A stretch of 64,000 nt of DNA from Octopus sinensis (Eukaryota): positions 20,534,464-20,598,463 of the forward strand of contig NC_043011.1 of assembly GCF_006345805.1 (NCBI RefSeq). The letters are read 5' to 3'. Positions 26,372 to 40,971 of the stretch are shown here, piece after piece. The notes below the pieces were generated by a model, which saw only the letters and a program-made list of their open reading frames with translations, was not told where the DNA came from and made no database searches. The position numbers and the translations under genes are program-made. Positions within the stretch are counted from its first letter, which is position 1. The number at the start of each line of letters is the position of its first letter.

Positions 26372-26542
26372 CTTGACACCAAAGGTCATCATCTTCGCTT
26401 TTGACATGAATAGGGTCACCTATTTCAATATCAATTTCATCACTGTGGCGTGGTATGAACCGGTGCATCCCTCGATGGGTTACTTCAAGTTCTTGGTAGT
26501 TTGGGCATACTGTACTTGAACTGGAAGACTTCCGTTTTGACT
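26372..26542 (-). CDS. MAPK8IP1: JIP1 coding exon D, SH3 N-terminal part (171 nt, phase 1/1)
   Basis: ttgcag|AG TCA AAA ... TGT CAA G|gtaaga. [37 protein letters not shown] aligns with the JIP1 SH3 segment [26 protein letters not shown]. Confidence 0.96.
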
Positions 26543-26668
26543 CTGCAACAGCAAATAATATATGTTGATACATGAATACACAGACACTCTGCCACACATG
26601 ATGCACATACATGTGCACACACACCACACACACATGCAGAAGAATGTGTGTATGTGTATATATATATA

Positions 26669-26767
<99 letters not shown>

Positions 26768-27646
26768 GTATATATATATGTATATATATATATATATAAT
26801 ATATATATATATATAACATCTTGCATGTTTTTATCCAAAATGGAAACAAACGCCAAACTTTCGTTGGGAATGGCTTGAAAAGACATTCCTTAACATGAAA
26901 CCAATGGTAGCCTTAATACGTAAATAAAGAATCTTTATCCACCAATACAGTGCTGAGCACTTATTCTCATTGTTTGATATTTACGTGTATACATATACAT
27001 GTGTGTGCCTATGCACGTGGGTGTGTGCATGTGTGTGTGTGTGTGTACAATAAGCATCCTACAGTTTTCATCTGTCAAATTCATTCATTGATACATAAGT
27101 CTTTGGTTGCAGTTATTGGAAAAGACACTTGTACACACAGATAGTATATTATGTATTTTGTTTATTGTCTAAATAATATAATTATATAGAGTTGGTGACA
27201 GGAAGAGCATCTGGTCATAAAATGTATAAGCTTCATGCACGTACACAAACACACACTACACAAACACACACTGCACAAACACACACTGCACAAACACACA
27301 CTACACAAACACGCACTACACAAACAAACAAACACACACTACACAAACACACACTACACAAATGCACATACATATACACACAAAGCTGGAATGTATTTGA
27401 ATGTATGTCAGCTTGATCAGAGCTGACTTGGGATTTAAATACTGTCAGATCAACTAAATTACTCAACAGCATCAACTGAAGTGTACAGAAGCAAGCCATT
27501 ACAACAAGGTTGAAAGAACTTAACACTGCAGGCAGTGGTAGCACTGTAAAATGGATGTGTGTTGGCTTCTAGTAATGATTTCTTCTATTCTAGTTGGAAT
27601 AGTATAAGACAGCAAATTGGTAGAGACATTAGAGTGGTGGAGAGAA

Positions 27647-27880
27647 TACCTATTTCTTTACTGCCCACAAGGGGCTAAACACAGAGAGGACAAACAAGGA
27701 CAGACAAACGGATTAAGTCAATTATATCGACCCCAGTGCGTAACTGGTACTTATTTAATCGATCCCGAAAGGATGAAAGGCAAAGTCAACCTCGGCGGAA
27801 TTTAACTCAGAACATAGCGGCAAGCGAAATACCGCTAAGCATTTCGCCCGACGTGCTAACGTTTCTGCCAGCTTGCCACT
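27647..27880 (-). mobile_element. SINE family B copy
   Basis: Full B consensus. Confidence 0.85.
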
Positions 27881-28183
27881 AAATACCTTGTAGTACTTGG
27901 AGAGAATACCTTGTAGTACTTGGTCCAGATCTTTATCACCTGAGTTCAAATTCTACCACAGTCAATTTTATCCTCCCTTTTAACTGGGTTAACAAAAACT
28001 GGGTTGACCAATTCAGTCCAGTCCAGAACAGTAGATTAACAGAATTGTTAGAACTTTGGATGGGATGTTTTGTGGGCCATATATTCCAACCCTTTGCATT
28101 TTCACTCAATGCCTGTAATAGTGACTAAATTGTATCAGCCTTTGCTGTTTTTACTTTTTTCCTTGGACGAACATCAGGGACAT

Positions 28184-28244
<61 letters not shown>

Positions 28245-28554
28245 GCAGGCATGAGTGATTAACAGGCTTCCATTAAAAGACCCTGCCTAAAGCTACACTT
28301 TGGAGACGATATTTCAAGCTCCTTATATCTCTCACAAGATATAAGGAAAATCCTCTATATATATATAAATATGCATGCTTTTCCTTTGAGTTTTATTTAA
28401 GTTTTTCTCAAGAGAGTTCAAGCTGGTTACTAACAAAGCAACAAGATTTTTTGATTTAAGAAAATTTCTATTGTTTTTAAATACATGATGGGGTTGATAT
28501 ATGATTAGAAATGTCGATGCATACAACCAAGTGTGTGCATCTATTTGAATAATT

Positions 28555-28800
28555 CAAGATGAAGAATCTTCAGAATGTCTTACAAATTTTCATTGTATCA
28601 CTAATAGATTGGATTTGGAAAATGCCCATCAGTTTCTTTTGCTTTTTCTTTGAATCTTCTAGTATTTCTAGGCTTTTGTGTAAATCTGTAGGTATGTAAC
28701 CTATTGCACCTATGATGATAGGTACAACTGAAAATTCATAGTCAGTGTACAAGAGTCAGTGTTCAGCAATAATTCACCATAAATGTGCTCTTTTACTTGA
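28555..28800 (-). mobile_element. 3' remnant of an RLE-type (restriction-like endonuclease) non-LTR retrotransposon
   Basis: Y.DYEFSVVPIIIGAIGYIP...IQSISDTMKICKTF resembles the VVPIIIGALG...GT.KI..F C-terminus of R4/NeSL/Hero-like elements. Confidence 0.65.
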
Positions 28801-29029
28801 TCTTCCTTTTTCTTATCTTGGCACATAAGCAGGATTTATATGTATATATATATATGAGGGAATATTATTCCAAACTAACAGAGAAAAATTTAGTTTAGAA
28901 ATACTAAATCAAATTTCGCAAAATATAATTAGAAAAAAATTAGAAAAAAAAACACCTTTCAACAATTCAATAAAGAAAAATTAAATTATACCATCTAGAA
29001 AATTACATATTATAGAAAGATTAAATATA

Positions 29030-29530
29030 AGATAAAACCCCAGCAGAATTTGAACTCACAACGTAAAGAGAGATGAAATATTGCTAAGCATTTCACCCAG
29101 CTTACTAACGTTTCTTATTTCTTTATTGCCCACAAGGGGCTTAACATAGAGGGAACAAACAAGGTAAAACAAGGAGATTAAGTCGATTACATGGACCCTA
29201 GTGCATAACTGGTACTTAATTTATCGAGCCCCAAAAGGATGAAAGGCAAAGTTGACCTCGGTGGAATTTGAACTCAGAACGTAGCGGCAGACGAAATACC
29301 TATTTCTTTACTGCCCACAAGGGGCCAAACACAGAGAGGACAAACAAGGACAGACAAACGGATTAAGTTGATTATATCGACCCCAGTAACTGGTACTTAT
29401 TTAATTGATCCCAAAAGGATGAAAGCAAAGTCGACCTCGGCGGAATTTGAACTCAGAACGTAACGGCAGGCGAAATACCACTAAGCATTTCTCCCAGCAT
29501 GCTAACAATTCTGCCAGCTCACCGCCTTAC
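29030..29530 (-). mobile_element. tandem SINE family B copies
   Basis: Two to three B cores head-to-tail. Confidence 0.82.
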
Positions 29531-29989
29531 ACACATAAAATAATGATGAACTTATTGTATTCGGTGTTCAGGTACACAACATAATCACAGTCATATACAT
29601 TCATAACCATTCACGCATACATACATGACATATACACATATACACAGACATCTGTACCTAATAAACAATAATAACAATCTTAAAATATTTCAGGCAAAGT
29701 AAAAAAAAAAAAGTTCTTTCTTTATATTCTTGCCAATTTCTTCTTTTCTGTAAATTAGGAAAAGACATCGCGCACACGCATGCCCAAACACACACACACA
29801 CGCTCACACACACACATACACACACACATACACACACACATACACACACACATACACATATAGCATTTGCATTTGAGAGGATAAACTACAAATTTTTCAA
29901 ATATTTCATATTCATATTTATTACATATTTACACTTTATTCTGTACACACACACACACACATATCTACGCATATACACACACATAATTT

Positions 29990-30381
29990 TTCCACTCTCT
30001 CTCCATCCGTCCCTCCCTCCGTCCCTCTATCTCTCTCTCTCATTACTCTTATCCTCTTTCTCCATAAATCTCTTCCTCATTTCTTTCTCTCAGTGTCTTT
30101 GAATAACTATCTACCACACCCCATCCTCTCTTCCTTTCTCCCACTCTCTCTTCTTACCTCCTCCTTCTCTCTCTGTCATTCCTCCTCTCTCCGTCGTTCC
30201 TTCGCTCTCCGTCGTTTCTTCTCTCTCCCTCTCTCTGTCACCCTCTCCCTCTCTCTTTCTCTCCCCTCTTGATCCTCCTTTTTCTCTCACCTTTCCTCCT
30301 TCCATATTCGCATTGATGTCTATCTATCTTTCCTTCCAGTCACTTCTTACATATATTTCTCCCCTTGTCCCTCACACCCCT

Positions 30382-30421
<40 letters not shown>

Positions 30422-30711
30422 ATGATCTGTCTCACTCCCTTTATCCTCATTCTCCATAAAATCTCCTCTCCATCTCTTTCTCTCTTTCTGTTTCTTTGAA
30501 TGACTATCAACCACACCCCATCCTCTCTTCCACTCCCTCTCCCCCTCCATCTCCCCCACTCTCCCTCACTCCCCCTCTTCTCTCCTCTCTTGTTCCTTAT
30601 TTTTCTCTTTCCTCCCCTCCTTCTACATTGATGACTATCTGTCACCCCCTCCAGTCACTTCTGATATATATACAGATATACATATATATATATATATATG
30701 TATATCTGTAT

Positions 30712-30764
<53 letters not shown>

Positions 30765-30857
30765 CACACACCACACATATATATATATATATACACACAC
30801 ACATATATATACCACACACACATATATATATACATACCACACACACACACACACCAC

Positions 30858-30915
<58 letters not shown>

Positions 30916-31070
30916 TACATATATATACAATTATTATATATATATATATATACATACACACACACAATATATATATATATATATATTTCTCTCTTTCACA
31001 CTCACTCACCCACTCACTCTCTCTCTCTCTCTCTCATTCTCTATCTCCCTCTCTCTCTCTCTCTAATATT
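29990..31070. repeat. CT-rich polypyrimidine tract followed by (TA)n/(CA)n
   Basis: Direct reading. Confidence 0.9.
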
Positions 31071-31561
31071 TAACATATTTCAACAGATATAAGATAGCCG
31101 TTTCCTTCACACCCCATTACTGTACTACTATACATATGCCCTATACCTTAGCCTTTTCCATCCTAGCATTTTTTCCCCTGGCACTATACATCAGCACCCA
31201 TTCTAGCACTGTGCCTCAATTACTTCATACCCTGTTGTATCACAACATAAATACAAACACACACATAAATACATGCATGTGAACACTCACACACACACAC
31301 AGCATTCAAAACATGCATACATGTATACGTTTAATAAACATATTACTATTCATGCATGCAAACTTAAATACAGACACAGAAGCAATGCTTCTCATAGGTG
31401 TAGGTGGAGCTGTGAGTGGGGAGAAATTTGCTTCCTAATCACATGGTTTCGGGTTCAGTCCCACTGTGTGACACCTTGGGCAAGTGCTTTCTGCTATAGC
31501 CTCAGATTGACCAAAGTTTTGTGAGTGGATTTGGTATACAGAAACTGAAAGAAGCCTGTCT

Positions 31562-31595
<34 letters not shown>

Positions 31596-31841
31596 TTTGT
31601 TCCCCACCACTGCTTGACAACCAGTGTTGGCACGTTTACATCCCCCATAACTTAGCAGTTTGGTAAAAGAGACCAACAGAATAAGTACCAGGCTTCACAA
31701 AAAATAAGTAGTACTGGGACGGATTCATTCGACTAAAATTCTTCAAGACTATGCCCCAGCATGGCCACAGTCTAATGACAGAAACAAGTAAAAGATAAAA
31801 AGATAAGGGATCACATATACTCAAACACACATTTAATCACA

Positions 31842-32252
31842 TAGTGGCTGTGTGGTAAGTAGCTAGCTTATGAACCACATAGTGCCAGGTTCAGTTCCAC
31901 TGCATGGTACCTTGAGCAAGTGTCTTCTACTCTAGCCTCGGGTCAACCAAAACCTTGTGAGTGGATTTTGTAGACGGAAACTGAAAAGAAGCCCGTCGTA
32001 TATGTGTATATATATACATATATGTATGTGTGTGTATATGTTTGTGTATATATGTTTGTCCCCCAACATCGCATGACAACCGATGCTGGTGTGTTTACGT
32101 CCCCGTAACTTAGCGGTTCGGCAAAAGAGACCAATAGAATAAGTACTAGGCTTCCAAAGAATAAGTCCTGGCGGTTGATTTGCTCAACTAAAGGCGGTGC
32201 TCCAGCATGGCCACAATCACGACTGAAACAAGTAAAAGAGTAAAAGAGTAAA
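31842..32252 (+). mobile_element. SINE family A copy (a variant copy precedes it at about 31400-31805)
   Basis: Consensus match. Confidence 0.85.
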
Positions 32253-32547
32253 GAGTATAAACAAACCCATACACACACACACACACACACATGCATGTAC
32301 ACATTCACACTCATGTACACACATTCATAATTATATACATGCATACACACACAGAAAAACACAATTACATGCAAGCACTCTCATACACATGTCAGACAAA
32401 CAAATCGACACATGCAATCACATCCAGTTATTTGCTCACACATATACAAGCAATTACAATCATAGTTTGTTGTATATTTTGTACACAAGGAAAGGAAATG
32501 GATGTCTGTCAGTTTTAACAATGTATCTTTATGTATGTATTTATGTG

Positions 32548-32579
<32 letters not shown>

Positions 32580-32889
32580 CTTATTTGTATGTGTGTGTGT
32601 GTGTGTGCGTGCGTGTATGTGTGTGTGCGTGTGTATGTGTGTGAGACTAATTTAGAGAAAAGTGGAGAAAAGTTGTCAATGGCCTATGCTTCATAGAGAG
32701 CAAAGTGCTTAGGTAAATAAGTACACACACACATATACACACAAGTACACGTACACACACAGGGTCACACACACACACACACAGGGGGCACAAACACACA
32801 CATACACACACACAAACACACATACACACACACACACACACACAATTATTAAGAAAAATAATGCAAAAAAAAAAAAACAAGAAGATTAC

Positions 32890-33273
32890 CTTCACTATCA
32901 GAAGTTGCTCTGCACACTCTAGCTCCACCATTTGCGGAGCGAGACCCATTTTTCTCAGCAGGGAAAGAATCTTCTTTGATATAAGGATTATCACAATGGA
33001 TATAGGCTTTTGTATTTCTCGAAGCAATGTTAAAGTACAAGAGACGATCAAACAGATTTTCCTGAGACTTCTCCTTGTATTTTGCTCCGTTCTGTGTTGG
33101 TGGTAGAAACACATCGTCATCATCATCGACCTCCACATCACCAGAGTTGCAGCTCTCGTTGTCATCGTCATTGTCGACTTCTATGTCTCGGAGAAGGGGT
33201 AGCTTTTGCCGGGTAGCTTCGAGAAGTTCTTCTGCCAGAGACTTCTCTCGTGGTGCTGTGTTTACAGGAGGGT
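32890..33273 (-). CDS. MAPK8IP1: JIP1 coding exon C (384 nt, phase 1/1)
   Basis: ttatctag|AC CCT CCT ... GAA G|gtaatc. Lies inside ORF 32849..33298 and encodes PPVNTAPREKSLAEELLEA...acidic tract...RATSDSE. Non-repetitive codon-like sequence with matching phases. Confidence 0.85.
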
Positions 33274-33431
33274 CTAGATAACAAGAAACTATATGCAATC
33301 ATTAATAATGACCGATACTTTAGCCAATCAAGGGAACAATTATAGAAGCATTATTCAAGTTATTAAAAAAGAAACAGCAGTCAAATTTCATTTAAATTGC
33401 ATTCTATTATCTTGAATTTAAAAAAAAATAA

Positions 33432-33590
33432 GGAGTGGCTGTGTGGTAAGTAGCTTGCTTACCAACCACATGGTTCTTGGTTCAGTCCCACAGCGTGGCA
33501 TCTTGGGCAAGTGTCTTCTACTATAGCTTCGGGCCGACTAAAGCCTTGTGATTAGATTTGGTAGACGGAAACTAAAAGCAGTCCATCGTA

Positions 33591-33633
<43 letters not shown>

Positions 33634-33848
33634 GTGTGTATGTGCTTGAGTGTCTGTGTTTGTCCCCCCAACGTCACTTGACAACGGATGCTGGTGTGCT
33701 TACGTCCCCGTAACTTAGTGGTTCAGCAAAAGAGAGACCAATAGAATAAGTACTAGGCTTACAAAGAATAAGTCCTGGGGTCTATTTGCTCAACTAAAAG
33801 CGGTGCTCCAGCATGGCCGCAATCAAATGACTGTAACAAGTAAAAGAG
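33432..33848 (+). mobile_element. SINE family A copy
   Basis: Consensus match. Confidence 0.88.
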
Positions 33849-34453
33849 TAAAGGAAAACATATTAGATAATGTAGCTCTAAATTCCCTTAAAAAGACAAT
33901 GATTTTAACTGAAGTGCCATTGATCACAGGTCAACTTGATTAGGGATAACCTGGAGCTAAATAAGAAAAAGAACAACTCAATGAGTCATCTTATACATGG
34001 TCATTCTTCATGCTAGAAATAGCAGCCAAACCTTCAAACATACCCTAACTTTTTTTTTTTTTTGATTTAAGGAGAGAAAGTAATAATTGGTAATGTAGTC
34101 TCAGAGATTGCTAACAAGATAGGCTGGCCATAGTTTCGGTCTATTTGAACAGAGATGATCTGCTGCTTAACAACATAGGCATCAATAACCAATAATTAAG
34201 ACTGTCAGTTATTAAACTTTCTGTTTCCTATTTGGATCACAGCAGATTCATTAGATCAGAAAAATAGTATCTTCTCAAGGAATATTGATTTCTAACATAG
34301 CTATCAGACTTTAAATATACCATGGACCATTCCTAGCTGAAAACATATTTCAGACACGCAATGGACTCATCCTGACTGATATATCCTAGTTACATATAAA
34401 GTCAAACTACTCTGTGGTAATAAACTTTTCCAAAAGAAGTTAGCATAGGCGTT

Positions 34454-34853
34454 GGAGTGGCTGTGTGGTAAGTAGCTTGTTTACCAACCACATAGTTCCG
34501 GGTTCAGTCCCACTGCATGGCACCTTGGGTAAGTGTCTTCTACTATAACCTCGGGGCGACCAAAGCCTTGTGAGTGGATTTGGTAGACGGAAACTGAAAG
34601 AAGCCCATCGTATATATGTATATATATATATGCATGGGTGTGTTTGTGTGTCTGTGTTTGTCCCCCTAGCATTGCTTGACAACCGATGCTGGTGTGTTTA
34701 TGTCCCCGTTACTTAGCGGTTCGGCAAAAGAGACCGATAGAATAAGTACTGGGCTTACAAAAGAATAAGTCCCGGGGTCGAGTTGCTCGATTAAAAAAGG
34801 CGGTGCTCCAGCATGGCCCAGTCAAATGACTGAAACAAGTAAAAGAGTAAAGA
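34454..34853 (+). mobile_element. SINE family A copy
   Basis: Consensus match. Confidence 0.88.
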
Positions 34854-35857
34854 GTATATTACTGGTACTTATTTTTATTGATCTCTGAATGATGATAGAT
34901 AAAATCAAGCATTCATCATCTTCATCATCATCATCATTGTTTAAAATTTCATTACTCTATTTATTTTGAGATGCTCTATGTTTCTTTCAATTAATTTTAA
35001 TATAACGAAGAATTTATTAAAATAACTTAGTTAACATTTACCTAGTGTTAGGAACATAAATTGTGACTAAGGTTTGGTGGAAGATTTTAATTCAAAACTT
35101 ATGAAAACAAGACATTTGTACTACAGAGCCAGAGCCGGTTTCAGCCGGGTTGGTAATGAAAGGGTTAATGCTCATTTTTCATGCTGGCTTGGGTTGGATG
35201 GTTTGATAGGAGCTGCAGCAGGTTCCAATTGTCTGTTTGTGGAGGCGCATGGCCTAGTGGTTAAAGCAGCGGACTTTTGGTTGAGGGATCATGGGTTCGA
35301 ATCTCAGATCGGGCAATGTGTGTTTATGAGCGAAACACCTAAGCTCCACGTGGCTCCAGCAGAAGGTAATGGCAAACTTCTGCTGATTCTTTCGCCACAA
35401 CTTTCTCTCACTCTTTCCTCCTGATCTTGCAGCTCACCTGCGATGGACCGGCGTCCCGTCCAGGTGGGGAACCTATATGCCAAGGAAACTGGGAAACCGG
35501 CCCTTGTGAGCCAGGCATGGCTCGAGAAGGAACAAACAACAACAACAATTGTCTGTTTTGGCATAGTTTCTCCAGCTGGATGTCCTTCCTTATACTAATC
35601 ACTATACAGAGTGTGCCAAGTGCATTTTATGTGCCACTGGCACAAATGCACTTATGCCGGTGCCACTATGGTGTTTGAATTCTGAACTTAGAGTATTAAA
35701 TGCTGAAACCAGACACCATAAACTTTTGTCTTTGATACTCTATCAATTCTTTTATTCACACATGCAACCAATCACACCTTGCATAATCGATACTGATAAT
35801 CACAATCACACATGCACACACATCACTGACACACATATACATACACAAGTATGAATA

Positions 35858-36140
35858 TACAAGCTCTGATCAATAAGTATCCGGACTGTTGCCATAGTGA
35901 CAAAGGTAAAGCACGCAAAGTGAAGCTACTTGGCACAGATTGACCTTGAACTCTGCTGTGTATGTGCATTAAGTTTTAATATTCTAGCACACTTCTACTG
36001 TTTACAACTGTACTTGGAAGGAAGGTGTGTAGCTTGTGATCATCGCATTGACCATGACAGAGAAAACTGAGCAGAGAATCTGCATCAAATTTCGCCAAAA
36101 GCTTAGCGATACCTACTCAGAAGCCTATGCAAAACTGCCC
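35858..36140 (+). mobile_element. mariner-like element, left end with transposase start
   Basis: TA-CAAGCTCTGATCAATAAGTATCCGGACT end. ATG at 36054 gives MTEKTEQRICIKFRQKLSDTYSEAYAKL, resembling the mariner N-terminal EQRxCIKF motif. Truncated. Confidence 0.7.
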
Positions 36141-36239
36141 CAGCAGCACATACTCTATGCTACAGCTGGAACATTTTTGACCATAGGCCCACTTGACCAG
36201 CATACAGAATAGACTGGACAGTTGATACAAAACCACTGT

Positions 36240-37055
36240 CATCATTGGCATTATCGTTGTCACTGCCATCGCTGCCACCGCTGCCACCACCATCGCCAGC
36301 ACCATCACCATCACCGTCATCATTGTCATCGTCGTTGTAGTTCAGCCCCTGGTCAGCACTGATAGACTGAACTTACAATGTAAGACAGTCCTGGGTTGAC
36401 TGTCACATGACATTATCCAATGTGTCTTTCCCATTATTATAAGATGATTAATGTGACTTGAGAAAGATTTGGTTCATATTTCTAGTATGATGATCAACCA
36501 TACAGACTCTTCCACCTTGGTTCAACCAAACCTTTTGCTGGTATTGTTTAGTCCAAGGTCAATTCTCATAGAGAAGTCCTATAGTCAAAGGCATTCTAGC
36601 CATGCCAAAAGATATGAAGAACTTCCTTATCTAATATATCTTCCCATATTTAATGCAGTAAAATGAAATTTGAGGGATCTGTATCAACTATTATTAGCAC
36701 CTCCAGTAATCATACTGTAATTTGAGGGAAGTGTGACTGCTATTTCTAACAAGCCAATGACCATGCAGAAGATCCCTTTACAGTTCATAGAACTATTTTG
36801 CTATCGGTTAACCCCAGGTTAACTCTGATGGAACAGATCTATAATCAAAAACATTCCAAATGTGACCATCCTGTCATTTTTATTTTCAGTTGTAATACAT
36901 CTAAAACTACATTATCCAACATCCTTGCATTTTTAAAGTAGTATGGTTGATTTGAAGCTTTCTTTCTAGCTCTAAAAATCCTTTGATATTATTATTTAGC
37001 CCCAAGTCTGTTCTTAAAGAAAGACTTATGATCAAGGTATTCCAGCCATGATCAC
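36240..37055 (+). repeat. local duplication, copy 1
   Basis: Colinear with 39022-39849. Confidence 0.9.
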
Positions 37056-37339
37056 TGCACACCATACGAGAAACACCAAATTGTATTAGGAAACCCTGCA
37101 TGCAGGAGTAAATCATATACAGCTCAGGTGAGATGAGGAGTCTATATCCCTGAATTGCATTTTGGCAATTAACTGACTACATACTTTTAAGTCTGAAATT
37201 TTCAGTCAATATGCTACAACACACTTATGTGCAGGTGTATGGTGAATTTTTTTTTTTTTTTTTCAAATTATGAGGATATTTAAAACAAATAACTCAAGTG
37301 CACGTGATGATGAATATGATAATAGTGATGAGGATGAAG

Positions 37340-37640
37340 ACAATACTGGTGGTGATGGCAGCAGCAGCAGCAGAGGGGGTGGTGGTGGTGGCAGCGTCAG
37401 CGTTGGCAGTGGTGGTAGCGGTGGCGGCGGCGGCAGTGGTGGTGGTGGTGGTGGTGGCAGTGGTGGTGGTGACAGTGGTGGTGGTGGTGGTGGTGGTGGT
37501 GGTGGTGGTGGAGGTTGCGGCAGTGGCGACGGCGGTGGTGACGGTGGAGGTGGTTGTGATGGTGGTGGCAGTGGCAGTGATGGTGGTGGTGGTGGTGGTG
37601 GTGGTGGTGGTGGTGGTGGTGGTGGTGGTGGTGGTGGTGA
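37340..37640. repeat. (GGT/GGC)n G-rich tract
   Basis: Direct reading. Confidence 0.9.
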
Positions 37641-37878
37641 AGACAGCAATTGTTAGGCTGCTCTATTTATGCAAATCATAGCTGTAAGCCAGTACACTGA
37701 CCTTGATTTGATTATCAATTAAGGAAATACTACTTTAACGAGATTACATGATTAGACTTGGATTATCTCACTTTCCTTTGACACATACCCATAAATCTTT
37801 TGTGTTCAATTAGTTGATAAATCAGACTACAGCTAGTCTGTTTATGTCTGTTTGTGTGTGTGTGTGTGTAGGTGTGTG

Positions 37879-37917
<39 letters not shown>

Positions 37918-39021
37918 ATATCATGTGAGAGCCAATGACCGAAAATGTCCTACCTGTGACCATCTAATTGTTTTTTAAGCATAATGTATTTAAAATTATC
38001 AATGTGCTCCTTTTTCTTCCCAATATGGCCTTTCTTCTTTCATATGGTTGTGTTTGATTTGAGAGAGGTTTGACTGCCTTTTCTAGCAGGTTGAAAATAA
38101 TCCAAGTAGAAAACCCTCCTTTTGACATGTGGTATGGACATTTGATGAACTTGCAGTGATGGGTTCTAACGACAGAGAAAGACTAAAGGTGTGGAGAGAT
38201 CAAATCTTAATGATAAGACTTACGAATTAAACTGATGTTCAATCAAGACAAATGGTGATTTTTTTCCCACAGTCATGGCTAATCTAGTTGGGACAGAGTA
38301 AAACACAACAATAACAAGTCCATGAGTCCATACTAGTGCAGATGTCACTGATTTACAAGTCAATTGATTGTTTTTGTGAAAAGCCAATCCTTGTGTTTAC
38401 CTGTGTTGCACTTTACCTGTATTATAAATACAGGTAAGGATGACTCATAACACATCCAAAGGATTACACTTGACTCATTTCTCACTTCCCATCGTATATT
38501 ATCAACATTCAATTCCCATGCTCCATTAACCATATTGTATCCGGTTATAGTACATCTTGTACATTCAATACCCATAACTAACTACCATGTTTTGAATTTC
38601 ATACACCTTAAGGCAGTGGTTATCAAAGAGTGCACCAAACGGATTTGTGCAGCACAAGGAATATCTCGTTAACTCATGAATTTAAAAAATTATGATTAAA
38701 AGCTTTAAAAAACTATACTAACACCTGAGTGTATTGAAAACTGTGTTATTCATAATAGGTACTGGCATGGCTGTGTGGTTAAGAAGATCACTTTGCAACT
38801 TACAGTTTTGGGTTCAGTCCCACTGCGTGGCTAATTGTCTTCTATTGTAGCCCACAAAAGTCAAGAAATTAAAAAATTCTGATTTATGATGAAATCTGGA
38901 ATCTGAAGTAACTGACCCCAGGTCATCTGCATAAGTTAAAATCATTACATACAGTTTAGCCTATTTTTAATATATAGAGAGGATCTTCATTGTTGATATT
39001 GTTGTTGTCATTGTTGATGTC

Positions 39022-39849
39022 ATCATCATCACCATCGTCATTGTTGTTGTCACTGCCACTGCTGCCACCACCGTCACCAGCACCATCACCATCATCATCG
39101 TCATCATCGTTGTTGTTCAGCCCCTGGTCAGCACTGATAGACTGAACTTGTGATGTAAGACAGTCCAGGGTTAACTGTCACATGACATTATCCGATGTGT
39201 TGTTCCCATTATTATAAGAGGATTAATATGACTTGAAAAAGATTTGCTTCATATTTCTAGTATGATGATCAACCATACAGACTCTTCCACCTTGATTCAA
39301 CCAAACCTTTTGCTGGTATTGTTTAGCCCAAGGTCAATTCTCATAGAGAAGTCCTATAGTCAAAGGCATTCTAGCCATGACCACATTGCCATTCTAGCCA
39401 TGCCAGAAGATACGAAGAACTTCATTGTCTAATATATCTTACCATTTTTAATGCAGTAAAATGAAATTTGAGGGATCTGTAGCAACTACTATTAGCACTC
39501 CAGTAATTATACTGTGATTTGAGGTGTGACTGCTATTTCTAACAGAGCCAATGACCATGCAGAAGATCCTTTTACAGTTCATGGAACTTTTTTGCTATCG
39601 GTTAACCCCAGGTTAACTCTGATGGAACAGATCTATAATCAAAAACATTCCAAATGTGACCATCCTGTCATTTTTATTTTCAGTTGTAATATATCTAAAA
39701 CTACATTATCCAACATCCTTCCATTTTTAAAGTAGTATGGTTGATTTCAAGCTTTTTCTCTGGCTCAAAAAATCCTTTGATATTATTATTTGGCCCCAAG
39801 TCTGTTTTTAAAGAAAGACTTATGATCAAGGCATTCCAGCCATGATCAC
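39022..39849 (+). repeat. local duplication, copy 2
   Basis: Colinear with 36240-37055. Confidence 0.9.
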
Positions 39850-40971
39850 CCTGCCATAAATAAATTGTCCAATGTATCTGTGCATTTCTAAGATCGTAAG
39901 GTGTAATTTGAGGAAGATGTAACTACTGTTCCTAGCAGGTCCAATGGCCATGCAGAGGTTCTCTCACTCAAAATACTCTGTTATCATTGATAAAACCCTT
40001 GGTCAGTTTTGATGGACAGACCTAAGAACAAATATGTTCTAACTATAATCATCCCATATGTCCTTTTATTTTAAAAATAATTTTGGGTAGCCATGTATCT
40101 CTTCTATGGCAAGACATCTCTCCTTGTCCTTCTATCATACCTTAGCCTTCAACACCTGGTATAAAGCTACTTTTATCTCTCTCTCAGATGCACCCCCACT
40201 TAGCTGAGGGGGGTTTTCTTTGTTTCCTTTCTTTAGTTTGTCTTGTAAGTAGTTGGCAGCCTCACCAGTGCCAGTGTCACAAAAAAAATGATATCCTATT
40301 TCTTTACAACCCACAAGGGGCTAAACACAGAGGGGACAAACAAGGACAGACAAACAGATTAAGTTGATTACATCGACCCCAGTGTGTAACTGGTACTTAT
40401 TTAATTGACCCTGAAAGGATGAAAGGCAAAGTCGACCTCGGCGGAATTTGAACACAGAACGTAGCGGCAGACAAAATACCGCTTACATTTCGCCCAGCAT
40501 GCTAACATTTCTGCAAGCTTTGTCAAAAAAAAAATAATGGTATCCAATACACACTACAAAGTAGTTGACGTTAGAAACCATACCAAATCTTATATTGGGA
40601 CCTGAAGCAGATGTGCAGCCTGTCAGATCCTGCCAAACCATCCAACCCACTTTACCATGGAAATCAGACATTAAACAATAACGATGATGGTAATTATGAT
40701 AGTGATAGTGATGTTGGTGATGATGATGACAACAACAACAACACGATGATAATGATACAATGACAATGACAACAAAGATACAACAATGTCACAACAACAA
40801 CAATAAAGACAATGGCATTGATGATGACAACAACAACGATGGTGACAAGAGTGTGAATTGTGAGAAATGGGATTGCAAGTTCTATCCTGGACAACAACTA
40901 GTCAGAAACTCTTTGATATGAGGATTACTTTGTGGCCAAAAGAAATAACAACTCCTTGACTTTTATGCCTT

